Shown in pieces: positions 29,094 through 39,402 of a stretch of 64,000 bases of DNA (positions are counted from its first letter, which is position 1; every line of letters begins with the position of its first letter). The position numbers were made by a program, and so were the translations under genes. Below the pieces are notes generated by a model. That model was given only the letters and a program-made list of their open reading frames with translations. It was not told the origin of the DNA and searched no databases. Source of the stretch: Candidatus Cloacimonadales bacterium (lineage in GTDB: Bacteria > Cloacimonadota > Cloacimonadia > Cloacimonadales > JAIOQZ01); assembly GCA_963674825.1 (NCBI GenBank), contig OY771587.1:2464001-2528000 (forward strand). Direction: 5' to 3'.

Positions 29094-29381
29094 TCAAGTG
29101 AGATAGTCGTTAGAGGTTGCTCCTGATGAATCAGGTAGTGGACGATTTAGGGCCAGATAATCCTGGATGCGTTGATGGATTCGCATGACTTCCTGGTGAA
29201 TTTTCCCGCGATCAGCTTTCGAGTATTCCTGCAGTACGTTGATTATCTCGCGGTCTTTCATGTTGATGGTGAAGCATAGCATGCGGATGTTGTTCTGCTG
29301 GATATCGAGAATTTCGCTAACATCATCGATATCGCACAAGTTCACTATTCGGTCTTCTGACAGGTTGATAGATTCATACAT
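29094..29381 (-). CDS. Small hypothetical protein (95 aa), probable sigma54 target
   Basis: ORF from ATG 29381 (MYESINL...) with AAGGA RBS, downstream of a -24/-12 promoter. Confidence 0.6.
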   Translation of the reverse strand: MYESINLSEDRIVNLCDIDDVSEILDIQQNNIRMLCFTINMKDREIINVLQEYSKADRGKIHQEVMRIHQRIQDYLALNRPLPDSSGATSNDYLT

Positions 29382-29414
29382 TGATTCGTTCCGTTTCCTT
29401 TTATTGCTGTGTAA

Positions 29415-29430
29415 TGCATACATAATGCCA
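29415..29430 (-). promoter_or_regulatory. sigma54 (-24/-12) promoter
   Basis: Minus strand reads TGGCAT-TATGT-ATGCA (GG-N10-GC). Confidence 0.65.
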
Positions 29431-29520
29431 GAAGTTGACAAGGGTTAACGTGTTCGTAAATGCAAAAGATATAGGCGATTAGCTTGATCGCCATTGTGGG
29501 GGAACACTATCTGCAATCCT

Positions 29521-29561
29521 TCAAAATGCACGACCCGATCAAAATGACCGATCAAAATGAC
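29521..29561. repeat. Triple TCAAAATG direct repeat, candidate enhancer (UAS)
   Basis: TCAAAATG at 29521, 29539 and 29552; CCGATCAAAATGAC occurs twice in tandem. Confidence 0.55.
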
Positions 29562-29598
29562 GCAAGGGGATCTAGGTTATCTTACTATGAGTGAATTA

Positions 29599-31731
29599 TC
29601 AAGACAGGTTACTCGTATCGATTCCCCGAAGCTTACGCTGTATGGTGGAGTACGATATGCCGAGTAGCTTAGCGGCATTGGTCTGGTTGTTGTCAGTACG
29701 CCGAAGCGCTTCCAGGATCAGCCGTTTTTCCATCTCTTCCATAGTCCCAAAGAAAGTTCCCTGCACCTCGGCTTCGGCTGCCGGTGCGCATTCGAGGTTG
29801 AAAAGTTCCGGTTCAAGCGTATCGCCCTTGAGCATGATCATGGCTTTTTCGACCATATTGCGAAGCTCGCGGACGTTTCCTGGGAAATGGTATGCTTTCA
29901 GCTTTTCGAGCAACAACGGTGAGTAGTTGGGAGTGGGCTTTCTGAGGATACGTGCGTAGTCTTCGATGTAGAACTGAAGGAGCGGTTCGATGTCGTCCTT
30001 GCGTTCACGGAGTGGAGGAATATGGATTTCGATGGTATTGATGCGGTAGAGGAGATCGGCGCGGAAGATATTGTCCTTGATCAGCCGTGTGATATCTTTA
30101 TTGGTAGCAGCGATCAGCCTGAAATCAATCTGAATCTCCTGGTTGGAACCGACTTTTTTGACGCGTTTATTCTCAAGTACACGAAGGAATTTGGCTTGGA
30201 GGGCAGGCGGAGTATCAGCGATTTCATCGAGGAACAGCGTGCCGCTATTTGCCTCTTCGATGTATCCGGTTTTTTCGGTAATTGCGCCTGTAAACGCGCC
30301 TTTCACATGCCCGAAGAATTCGCTTTCGACAAGCCCGTCCGGGATTGCGCTGCAATTTACAGGTACAATGAGGTAATCTTTGCGCTTGCTGGCGTAGTGG
30401 ATGATGTGCGCAATGATTTCTTTACCCGTTCCGCTTTCACCGGTAATCAGGACGCTGGTTTCCGGATGACTGGCTGCGGTCATGGCAAGATCGAGCACTT
30501 GGCGGATAGCCTGGCTGCATCCGATGAAATTCATCTTCATACTGCGCTTGAGCGCGTCGGAGATAAGGGAGTTGTGCTTGCGAGTTTCTTGCAATTCCCG
30601 GTTTGTCTGCTCGAATTTCTGCTGAAGGGATGTAAGTTTATCTGTGAGATCTTTGCTGAAAGTCTCTTCCCGGTAACCTACGTATTGTTTGTAGAGGTCG
30701 AGAGCCTTGCTGTAGTCTTCTTGCAGCTCGCTTATTTCGCTGAGCAATTTGTACGATTCCTGAATGGTGTCTTTCTCGCCGATTTCAAGTGCGAGCTTCA
30801 AGCTCTGATTGAGATGTCTTTCAGCATGCTCGAAATCCTTTATTTTTTTATACACGGTTCCGATGTGTTTGTGAAACACCGGCAAGTAACGGGTGAACTT
30901 GAATTTGTGGCAGAGCTTCTGTGCTTGGAGGTATTGTTTCAGCGCTTGTGGGTAGTCTTCGAGGTCTTCATATACACCGCCGATGTTATTCGTCAGGACG
31001 GTGATCATCGTGTGATCGTTGATGCGCTCAGCGTAATGGAGTGCTTCCTGGTAATATTCGAGTGTTTTTCGTGGATCTTCCTGACTGTACGAAACCCCGA
31101 GATTATTCAACCCCTGTATGATACCGATATCGTGGCCGGCTTCCTTCATGATCTCGATTGCCTTGGTAAGATGCTCGCGCGATTTATCGACTTGATTCAG
31201 GATTCCGTAGATAACGCCGAGCGATTCGAATGTGCTGCCGTAATCGATGAAACAGCTGGAACCTTTGACGAGCATTCCCTTTTCGCGCAAGCGTTCGAAA
31301 TATTCCATAGCCTCCATGAAGCAGTTTAGCGCTTCCGTGTGATTGCCGCGGAAGCGATTGATCGCGCCGCGCGTAATCAGCGCATTTGAGATACCTTCGA
31401 GATGATTCATCTGCTTGTAGATAGCATATGCTTCATCGATATCGCTGAAAGCCATCTCGAAATTCCCCATACGGTTATATAGCTTGCCGCGGAGCAGGAT
31501 CACCTCTGCATATTTCAACATCTTGCCAAGCTGCTTTTGCAGCTCCATGTTTATATCCAGATAACGAATCGCTTCGTCGTTTTTACTTCGGCGATATAGG
31601 AAAATGACAATGTCGTCATAGGCTTTGGTCAGGCGCACATTGTCTTTAGCACGCTTGGCGAGAGTAATCTCGTTTTCGAACGATTCGAGCGTTGGTTGCT
31701 TATTTATATTCTGCTGATTCATGATTATCAC
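29599..31731 (-). CDS. TPR-domain sigma54-dependent transcriptional activator (bEBP)
   Basis: N-terminal TPR repeats, GESGTGKE, GAFTGA, LFLDEI, PGNVREL and a C-terminal Fis-type HTH. Confidence 0.92.
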   Translation of the reverse strand: MIIMNQQNINKQPTLESFENEITLAKRAKDNVRLTKAYDDIVIFLYRRSKNDEAIRYLDINMELQKQLGKMLKYAEVILLRGKLYNRMGNFEMAFSDIDEAYAIYKQMNHLEGISNALITRGAINRFRGNHTEALNCFMEAMEYFERLREKGMLVKGSSCFIDYGSTFESLGVIYGILNQVDKSREHLTKAIEIMKEAGHDIGIIQGLNNLGVSYSQEDPRKTLEYYQEALHYAERINDHTMITVLTNNIGGVYEDLEDYPQALKQYLQAQKLCHKFKFTRYLPVFHKHIGTVYKKIKDFEHAERHLNQSLKLALEIGEKDTIQESYKLLSEISELQEDYSKALDLYKQYVGYREETFSKDLTDKLTSLQQKFEQTNRELQETRKHNSLISDALKRSMKMNFIGCSQAIRQVLDLAMTAASHPETSVLITGESGTGKEIIAHIIHYASKRKDYLIVPVNCSAIPDGLVESEFFGHVKGAFTGAITEKTGYIEEANSGTLFLDEIADTPPALQAKFLRVLENKRVKKVGSNQEIQIDFRLIAATNKDITRLIKDNIFRADLLYRINTIEIHIPPLRERKDDIEPLLQFYIEDYARILRKPTPNYSPLLLEKLKAYHFPGNVRELRNMVEKAMIMLKGDTLEPELFNLECAPAAEAEVQGTFFGTMEEMEKRLILEALRRTDNNQTNAAKLLGISYSTIQRKLRGIDTSNLS

Positions 31732-31832
31732 ATCCTGGATTGACTTTGATTCACAACGCGAACGATTTACAAGATTTCATAATCTGTCAAGCCGGATATT
31801 GTGAATTTTCGCAGAATGAGTGGTTTGGGCGA

Positions 31833-34800
31833 TTAGAACTCGGCTCGTATTTCTAGAGTCATCTCGTGAGTGGTTTCGTCATCAGGATAGGAATCACCGG
31901 AATACTGGAAGCTGGCACTGGTGAACTGGTTGACCTTGTAGGAGAGGTTCAGGCTCCACTCGAAGATATCGCCTTCGCGTTTATCCGCGAGATAGACAAG
32001 GTAATCGGAACCGGAACGGTCATTGTGTTTGTAGGATATCTTCGAGAATACGCGATATTTACTCAGCAGGTATAGCGTGAGGCTTTCGGAGAGGCCCATG
32101 CTTTTTATCGAGTACTGGTTGTCTGAAAGGCGTTTATTACCATCTTCTGTTGTGTAGCTCAGCTCCGTCTGCAGGAGGAGGTTTCGGCTGGTGCGGGTGG
32201 TTATTTCCAACGTGTAGATATCACTTTCTGTTCTTGAATCGTAGTAAGAATCCTCTTCTATCAGATTTTCCCAGGAAACCTCGACGTCATTGTTTTTGAT
32301 CTTCGTATAGCGTGCGGAGTAAAACCACGACTCTTCCATATAGTCCGATGTTTCCTGGTAACGATTGTCCAGACTCATATCTTTTCCATACTGGCCTTTG
32401 AACAACAGCGTTTTGGGAATGAGATCGTACCAGAGTGTTTGCCGAAATGAGTTTTGCCCATAGATCGTATATTTGCTGTCCATTACGCGATCGGAGGAGA
32501 GGAGATAGACTTTCCATTTGTCTTTGGAACGAGAGTTTTCGGTAATAGCGACATAGCTTTCGGACTGGAGCCGGTTGAGGATCGGCGTATCGGGCAGCAG
32601 GGACTTTGGGTTGAGAAAGAGCGAGCCGTCGGTCGTGACTTCGATGGATAGCTCCGATTCGCCGGATGTGATGTAAACCCAGTCGAAATCGCCTTCTTCG
32701 ACATAGACGCCGGTGCTGTCATATTCGCCGAGGCCTTCGCCGATGTACTCCAGCTCTCTGACCTTCGGGTAGAATTCGAGGTTTTGGAGGGAGTAATTTA
32801 GGTTGAGCGAAATGGCGTCTCTAAGGAAATTGCTGACGCTGGTGATCTCCGCGACGTCGTAATTATCCTCGTCCCCCATGTTATCTACGATGCGATGCAA
32901 GTACCGTAATTTGAGTCGGTGGCGACTATAGTTCATGAGGTAGTCGAGTTGCCATGTGTCGGTGTCTTGCTCGTAGTCTGAGGTGTCGATGCGATATTCG
33001 TCACGAGAATAGGAGACTTGCGCGGCAACTTGCCGGGTATCGTGTGTTCCTGTATATACTTTCCAGGTAAGGTTTTGGTCGCGGTAATCGGCTTCGCTCC
33101 GGTACTTCTCATCAAACTGGTTGTGGTAATATTCCCCACCGAATTTATAGTTGCGGATGATGTAGTACGAATTCAGGTTCAGCCTTCGGATGGATGCGAA
33201 ATCCTGTTCCAGCGAGGGATCGAGGTAATCCTGATCCGAGTTCATATATCGAAGATAGATATAGGGGATCAGGCTGAACTGATCGAGTGTGCCGGTGTAA
33301 ATGCTTTGCCGGAAAGCTGCGTAGTCCTTGTATTCCTTTTCAGTGTAGGTGACGGACGGTGTGAAAAGATCGAACAGTCGCATTGTGTAGTTTCCGAAAA
33401 ACTCGGTTCGACTCACAGTGTCGTTTCTTGCGAATTCATAGGTCTGATAGCTCGATTCCGGATTGTCAATCTCCGCGAGTGGCTCCAAGCCTTTACGGAA
33501 ATAGCGGTAATAACCTATCAAGCGTGGCTGTAGGAGTTCAAATCCCGGATCGATCTCGAATCCGGCGTGGGTTGCCCAGGAATCGTTATCGCTGTCGTCC
33601 TTGGATGACCATGTGTTCTTGTCGAGGGTGGTAACCAGGGTTTCTGTCTCGAGCTTGAGGAAATCGCCGCGCCAACCTGCTGCGAAGTCGTAGTTGATCT
33701 GACGTTGGGGAGAGGCGAGCTTGCGCACGGGTTCGTAGCGGCCTTGTCCTTCGCCGACGTAGTAATATACGGATGGTGACTGCTGTTCGTAGGAGCCTTC
33801 GCCGCTTCCGACATAGGAAAATGAGAGGACGTAGGTTCCTGTGCTGTCGTACCCGACGTACTCGTAGTAGCTTTCATCGCCTTCTGTGATGAGAATGTAG
33901 TTTCCGTTGCCTACTTCGGTTTCAGTGATGCCATTACCCCAGGCGATATTATCACCTGCGGCGCGCAGAATGGCTTTGTCCTCGTCGCTGAGGGATTCCT
34001 GGAGCGGATTACTCTTATCGTCGTTCTGCACGATTGCGTGGGCGTCGAGGTAGAATCTGCCGACAGGTTTGGTCTCAGTAGAGGCCATGTAGAGATTTTT
34101 GCGGTAATCTTCGTCGGAATACTGATAGACGACCATGATGTAGCTCTCGTCGTCGATGAAATGGTTGTTGGTGAAGGTGATGGTTCCTTCTTCGTAGTCG
34201 ATGGTGTAATCGCTACCTCGCTGCATGGATACGCCGTTTAGATATACGGTCTCAGAGCCGGAGACGACCTGTATGGTGAAGCCGTCGGTGTTGAGATAAT
34301 AGGGCCCCTGTTTGGCTTGCTCACCGTTGAACTCGACGGTTTGCGTTTGAGCTCGTGAAACCGCGAGTGCACCGCGAAAAGTGTTTTTTCCGTACCATCC
34401 GGCACGGAGACCTTCGAATTGCAGATCGACGTTCATAAACTGGGTGTCCTCGATGGGAAAATCAAGATCACCAAACGCCACCTCGTAGTTATTGCCGTAA
34501 AGCTTGATGAAAACCTGGTCGAGGTTGCTGATTTCACGGGAATCGCCTTCGGGCGTAATGGGCGAACTGTTGTCCGATAACTGAGCCTGGACTTTCATGC
34601 CGGGCGAAAGCTCACCGTCCATCTTCACGAAGAGCGATTGATCGATGCTGACATCGTCCTGGCTTCCGACAGTGAGCGATATCGATTTACTACCTGTGAT
34701 GTTGAGGTCGGTGCGGGTACCGAGATCCCAAGTCTTGCGTTTGCGCATTGGCGGCACGGCAGTTGAATCTCCACGTTGCAGGGTGTAGTAGTAGAATCGT

Positions 34801-35129
34801 TCGCGCAGTGCTTCCGGGTAGATTCGGTAGCTTAGGGTCAGGAAGCGCACGCCTTCAGGCAGCTTCAGTATGCTGAGGATACCATTCTGGAAATCGAGGG
34901 TGTAGTCGGTATTCCGCCGGAAGGTGACGTTCGTTGAATCTTGCGGGTTCATCACAAAGAGCGAATCGCTGCCGACGATGATGTTGCGATGTTCGAGCCG
35001 GATTGCCTCACGTTGCGTGGTCAGGTCGATAGTCGCCTCGCGCTGGATGGGGGAGAAAAAGTTGTAGGCTGCGAGATTGACCGCCGAAAGCAGTAGCAGG
35101 ATCAGCAAAACGGGCCGAGTGGATGTCAT
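31833..35129 (-). CDS. Large exported/outer-membrane beta-rich hypothetical protein
   Basis: Signal peptide, GSDYTIDY repeats, alternating beta-strand pattern, C-terminal Phe (IRAEF). Confidence 0.7.
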   Translation of the reverse strand: MTSTRPVLLILLLLSAVNLAAYNFFSPIQREATIDLTTQREAIRLEHRNIIVGSDSLFVMNPQDSTNVTFRRNTDYTLDFQNGILSILKLPEGVRFLTLSYRIYPEALRERFYYYTLQRGDSTAVPPMRKRKTWDLGTRTDLNITGSKSISLTVGSQDDVSIDQSLFVKMDGELSPGMKVQAQLSDNSSPITPEGDSREISNLDQVFIKLYGNNYEVAFGDLDFPIEDTQFMNVDLQFEGLRAGWYGKNTFRGALAVSRAQTQTVEFNGEQAKQGPYYLNTDGFTIQVVSGSETVYLNGVSMQRGSDYTIDYEEGTITFTNNHFIDDESYIMVVYQYSDEDYRKNLYMASTETKPVGRFYLDAHAIVQNDDKSNPLQESLSDEDKAILRAAGDNIAWGNGITETEVGNGNYILITEGDESYYEYVGYDSTGTYVLSFSYVGSGEGSYEQQSPSVYYYVGEGQGRYEPVRKLASPQRQINYDFAAGWRGDFLKLETETLVTTLDKNTWSSKDDSDNDSWATHAGFEIDPGFELLQPRLIGYYRYFRKGLEPLAEIDNPESSYQTYEFARNDTVSRTEFFGNYTMRLFDLFTPSVTYTEKEYKDYAAFRQSIYTGTLDQFSLIPYIYLRYMNSDQDYLDPSLEQDFASIRRLNLNSYYIIRNYKFGGEYYHNQFDEKYRSEADYRDQNLTWKVYTGTHDTRQVAAQVSYSRDEYRIDTSDYEQDTDTWQLDYLMNYSRHRLKLRYLHRIVDNMGDEDNYDVAEITSVSNFLRDAISLNLNYSLQNLEFYPKVRELEYIGEGLGEYDSTGVYVEEGDFDWVYITSGESELSIEVTTDGSLFLNPKSLLPDTPILNRLQSESYVAITENSRSKDKWKVYLLSSDRVMDSKYTIYGQNSFRQTLWYDLIPKTLLFKGQYGKDMSLDNRYQETSDYMEESWFYSARYTKIKNNDVEVSWENLIEEDSYYDSRTESDIYTLEITTRTSRNLLLQTELSYTTEDGNKRLSDNQYSIKSMGLSESLTLYLLSKYRVFSKISYKHNDRSGSDYLVYLADKREGDIFEWSLNLSYKVNQFTSASFQYSGDSYPDDETTHEMTLEIRAEF

Positions 35130-35563
35130 GCGATGGAAACCGATTCGATCCAGGGTTGATTGCCTTCCAGGGTTACTTTGCGATGTTGATCACGGTATTC
35201 GAAATTCAGATGGATGGTGTTCCGGGGGAGGATGGACTCCGCAAGACTTGGCCACTCGATCAGGAGTGTTTTACGACCGAATATCTCGTGCAGACCCAGT
35301 TCCCAGACTTCCTCTTCACTATCCAGACGGTAGAGGTCGAGATGGACGACATCGTCGCCGTACTCGTGCATTAGAACGTAGCTCGGGCTGCTGACGATCT
35401 CTTGAACGCCCAGCGCAGCGCAGAATTCGCGTGTGAAGAAGGTCTTGCCGGCTCCAAGTGGACCGGACAGCGCTATGACATCGCCCCTCTGGATGTACTT
35501 GGCTAGCTCCCGTGCAAAGCTGCGCGAGGCTGCTTCATCGATAAGTTCAAACTCTTTTCGCAC
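35126..35563 (-). CDS. tsaE: tRNA threonylcarbamoyladenosine biosynthesis ATPase
   Basis: GPLGAGKT, SPSY, HLDLYRL and IEW motifs. Confidence 0.95.
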   Translation of the reverse strand: MRKEFELIDEAASRSFARELAKYIQRGDVIALSGPLGAGKTFFTREFCAALGVQEIVSSPSYVLMHEYGDDVVHLDLYRLDSEEEVWELGLHEIFGRKTLLIEWPSLAESILPRNTIHLNFEYRDQHRKVTLEGNQPWIESVSIA

Positions 35564-35838
35564 ATTGACTCCACATAGTGTAACACTCGAAACACGAAAT
35601 GTTTCGCTTGGATCAGATTGTCAATCAATATTGCGAGGAGGCTGTTACGCGAGCTCGATGCCTTTCGTTGCAGATGGTCATCCACCGGCCTATTCGTCCT
35701 ATTGCTCCCTCTAGCGGGGATATACCGCGACTTTCTGACTATCGGACATGGGTGTTAAGTCGCGGAACACCACGCTTGCGGTCGCAAACGAACGAATATG
35801 CTCGTTGGAGCATGCTGGTTGCAATTCATCTTTTTCTT

Positions 35839-35867
35839 TTGACAGCGATACCCGGGTGGGGTAAATT
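35839..35867 (+). promoter_or_regulatory. sigma70-type promoter
   Basis: TTGACA-17 nt-TAAATT upstream of the 35896 gene. Confidence 0.55.
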
Positions 35868-35895
35868 TCGTCCAATCGAGAAACAGGAGATGTAC

Positions 35896-36609
35896 ATGAA
35901 ACGTATCGCATTAACGATGATCATTTTATGCGTTGCTTTTTTTCTTATCGCTGAAGAAAAAGAACCGCTTCAGGTCTATCAGGAAAATCCCAGCAACGAG
36001 ACTTTTAACAGCGCGGTTGGAGCTTACCGTATGCAAATTGAAGCCGAACCGGACAACTTCCGTCCGCGGCTTATGCTTTCGTATATGTTGCTGATGGAGC
36101 TTGAGCGTAACAACGAATATTTCGCCACCAATATCGATTCGCTTCCACTTCCGGCTAAGTTCCAGTATGCGAACATGTTGCTCGAACTCGGCAAGAACGA
36201 AGAAGCAATCGAGATTTACGCGATGCTCAACGAAGCCTCACCCAAGTGGAGCTGCCCGTGGCGTCATCGCGGCGAAGCGAACATGAATCTCAAGAATTAC
36301 GAAGCTGCAGAAGAAGCGTTGCTCATGGCGATCGAAACCCGCAAAGAGCACTACGACGCCTATGTATGGCTCGCACAGACGCAGCAAGCTCTCGGCAAGA
36401 ACGCCGAAGCGCTGGCGACACTTGAGACTGGTCTCACCTATAAAGGCGAGGATATCGAGGATCCCGATAAGGAAACTGACTCGCTGGACGTCTCGTTCCT
36501 CCATCTTGAACTGCTGAAAGCAAATGGAAAGACGGACGAATTTAAGAAGCTTGCTGAGAAAATCAAAGCGATCGCACCCGATGACGAACGCTGGGAATCA
36601 CTCCAGTAG
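35896..36609 (+). CDS. Exported TPR-repeat protein
   Basis: Start reassigned to ATG 35896 (AGGAG RBS; signal peptide MKRIALT...); TPR-like helices. Confidence 0.75.
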   Translation: MKRIALTMIILCVAFFLIAEEKEPLQVYQENPSNETFNSAVGAYRMQIEAEPDNFRPRLMLSYMLLMELERNNEYFATNIDSLPLPAKFQYANMLLELGKNEEAIEIYAMLNEASPKWSCPWRHRGEANMNLKNYEAAEEALLMAIETRKEHYDAYVWLAQTQQALGKNAEALATLETGLTYKGEDIEDPDKETDSLDVSFLHLELLKANGKTDEFKKLAEKIKAIAPDDERWESLQ

Positions 36610-36657
36610 CGATAAATTGTTGACAGGTTTGTCCGGGGTGTAAATTCCGGTACACGC

Positions 36658-36734
36658 GTCCCCGTAGCTCAGCTGGATAGAGCGCTTGCCTCCGGAGCAA
36701 GAGGCCGTGCGTTCGAATCGCGCCGGGGACGCCA
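36658..36734 (+). tRNA. tRNA-Arg(CCG)
   Basis: GTCCCCG/CGGGGAC acceptor stem, D-arm AGCTCAGCTGGATAGAGC, anticodon arm CTTGC-CTCCGGA-GCAAG, GTTCGAATC T-loop, encoded CCA. Confidence 0.97.
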
Positions 36735-36740
36735 TTTTTT

Positions 36741-37349
36741 TTAATATCTAAGCGACATCCCGATATATTCACCATCAGAATAGACCTGTACCGGTTCTTG
36801 ATCAAGAGCGAATGCCGTGTTCACGATTGCCACGATTGTGCAGATGCCCCCCATGATATACTTACGGGTACGTTTTTCCTTCAAGTCGCTGCGAGTTTCG
36901 CCTTCCGCGTGGGCGATTGACAAATCAAGGTCGCTAGCATCTATGAAATAATCGACAGCGAGCGCTCCGCTCAATAGGCTGATGGGAATCAGATAGGAAC
37001 GGCGGAGCTGGGGATGTGATGCTGCTTTCTCGATTGCTTTTCTGGCGTCATTATGCTTATCGCGTTGGAGGGATTCGTAGGTAACTGCCTCCTGGCACTC
37101 GGGATCGATAAAATCCTCCTGACGGAATACTCCGAAGGTAATAGGGTGATTCTCGCGAATGACATCGGAGACTTGGCTGCGATGAAACGATATCACTGTG
37201 TTTTTGGCTTGTAGAAAGATTACATCACCCTGTTTTCCAATGATCTCACCATAGAACCTGACGTGGTCCTTGGTTCTGACTTCGACGACTTCCGCGAGGG
37301 CTGTCACGACTGCGAGAGAGAATAGGAGAATGCTGAGTATCCACTTCAT
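36741..37349 (-). CDS. Hypothetical exported/membrane protein
   Basis: Signal peptide, AGGAG RBS, two C-terminal hydrophobic segments. Confidence 0.65.
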   Translation of the reverse strand: MKWILSILLFSLAVVTALAEVVEVRTKDHVRFYGEIIGKQGDVIFLQAKNTVISFHRSQVSDVIRENHPITFGVFRQEDFIDPECQEAVTYESLQRDKHNDARKAIEKAASHPQLRRSYLIPISLLSGALAVDYFIDASDLDLSIAHAEGETRSDLKEKRTRKYIMGGICTIVAIVNTAFALDQEPVQVYSDGEYIGMSLRY

Positions 37350-37429
37350 GAAACCAACTCCTTGAAAAGTTAATTCTATTATCTTATTTTCATGCGCGAG
37401 AAGTCATGGAGAAATAGTAGCTATCTAAA

Positions 37430-39297
37430 TTACTTCTTCTGTTTCACTTTGTCCCGGTAACCGCAGCTGATCAGCCCATTCGTGATATTTTCTTTCGCTT
37501 TCTGGAGATCATCAAGATAGCCATTCACCTTTTCGAATTCGTCAAGGATTTCCCGGTTGGGGTTGCCGTGGCTGAGCCCAAGCTGGCGCAACGCGTCGAT
37601 ACCCCTTTTAAGGCCCGAAATCGCGGTCATCATGTTACGGCATTCCTGGGCAACGAACTGACAACCAACCTCCTTCTCGATTAAGAGTGAGGCCTGGTGC
37701 AGATGTTCGTGGGCGATATCCAGTTCCTCTAAACATTTATCCACGTAATATTTGAGGTTCTTCCAGTTGGTGTCGTAGTTCAGGTTGTTCTTGTCGTCGC
37801 GAATGTACTCAGAATGGATGAGGGCGAAGTCTTGGTTATCGCTAAAAAGGTTCAGCTGATAAATGGCCTTGTTGAAATAAGCATAAATCGGATCGTATAA
37901 CTCGACTGCGTTATCGAGGATAGATGGTGCGACGCCGTTTCTCAGCATCTTCCCGTTAACAATCTCGTAAAGCGAGAGGTCCCTTCGTAGGAGTAAATTT
38001 CCCCTGAGTAGGGCAGGTCTGAGTTGAGGATACCCTTGAACCAGAAACCATCCGCCCACAGGTAATCCATCACGTTGTGGTCAACTGCGCCTGTCGGGTA
38101 TATGCCGAATGTGCTGTCGAATTTGAAATCTTCAGGGTGAAGAGGGCTGAATCCGATGCGGGTGATTTTGTCGGCATCGTAATTGAAGGTAGCTCCGATC
38201 GACATATGGTGATGCTTATCTGGGTCTTTTTCCGGTCCGCCGATAAAAAAGTAGGATGATTTGGCGCGGATGTAGTTAGGCCCGTAGCGTGCTTCCAGTT
38301 CATCGTATGTCATCTGTTCTCCGAAACCGAAGGCTTTCAGGATAGATTCATTCGTTACTTTGATGCCGATAGATTTGATGATGGTGTCGTAGTTGCCTGT
38401 CTCGATGACGACCGACTGGTCTTTCGATTTTACGTACTCGTCGTCCTTGGTGAAGCCGTATTTTTCCTGAATCACCTTCCAGTCGTTGCTGCAATAGTCC
38501 TTTTTGTTGAATAGGTAAAGCATGCTTTTTGTCTTGCTACCGAAGTACGGTTCCCAGATATCGGGAAGTGGCTCTTCGACGACCGGTTTCGATTGCGGGG
38601 GCTTCGTCGCGGCATTCAGGCTGTTGTTTTGCTGGCTGGTCTGAGCGATTCCTCCACGTGCTTTTGCCATGACGTCTTTGATCGACTGACGTTGGTCGGT
38701 GACCATATATTGCACGTAATCATCGGCGTCCCCCCACCATGTGTTCAGAGGGAATTTATTGAAGTCGCCGGAAATGGCAATATAGTGGATAACGTATTTA
38801 CCATCTTCGCGATATTGATATAGTAGCTTCACTTTCGCATCCAGTTCACTTCCCTTTGGGTAGAACACCATTTTTGAAGCTTCTGGATTTTCTTCCGTAG
38901 CGTTATCTTTGTATTGCCAGATATCCCGAAGTGAAGCGTTATTATTATAGGCTTCGAGAAAATCCTGAAAATGCGATGGCAGGCCGTAAAATGATGTCAG
39001 CTCAGAGAAAAATTGTTCGGATTGACTATCTTTATAATGTGCTATCTCAGCCCTGCGGAAGCCTTCATTGAGCAACAGGCTGATCGATACCATGTAATCG
39101 CCTTTGTAGATGGTTTCAGACGAGGAGTTCAAGAACTTATCAAGTGTGAAGCCGGTATTTGCAAGATAATATAGGACAAGCGGATCGTCGGCGGGTTTAC
39201 CGATCAGGAGGTGCAAATTTGGCGACGCGGGATTGAAATCGGTGGCAGCGATGGATAGCGCAAGGCACAAGAATAGAAGCGATAGCAAGGTTTTCAT
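37430..39297 (-). pseudogene. Probably one exported hypothetical gene split by a frameshift near 37975
   Basis: ORFs 37942-39297 (signal peptide) and 37430-38059 overlap in different frames; removing one CT from ACCTCTCG fuses them as ...YEGTS-LYEIVNGK... Confidence 0.5.
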
Positions 39298-39359
39298 AGT
39301 CGATCCTCGAAGATTTTCCGAAAGCTATGAGGTGCATTCAAGATCGTCAAGACAAAAAG

Positions 39360-39385
39360 AAAAGGGCGAATGTCTTCGCCCTTTC
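39360..39385 (-). terminator. Intrinsic terminator downstream of amtB
   Basis: AAAGGGCGAA-TGTC-TTCGCCCTTT hairpin; A-run on the plus strand gives a U-tract on the minus strand. Confidence 0.75.
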
Positions 39386-39402
39386 CAATAGCCGATGCTT
39401 TA

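Noticed and set aside
30022..31329. 435-aa plus-strand ORF
   Set aside because: Antisense shadow of the sigma54 activator gene with no recognisable motifs.
35599..35895. N-terminal extension of the TPR ORF given in the track
   Set aside because: A promoter, RBS and signal peptide all point to ATG 35896 as the start.
36658..39297. tRNA-anchored integrative island
   Set aside because: No integrase and no duplicated tRNA 3' end found by eye; only unrecognised genes follow the tRNA.
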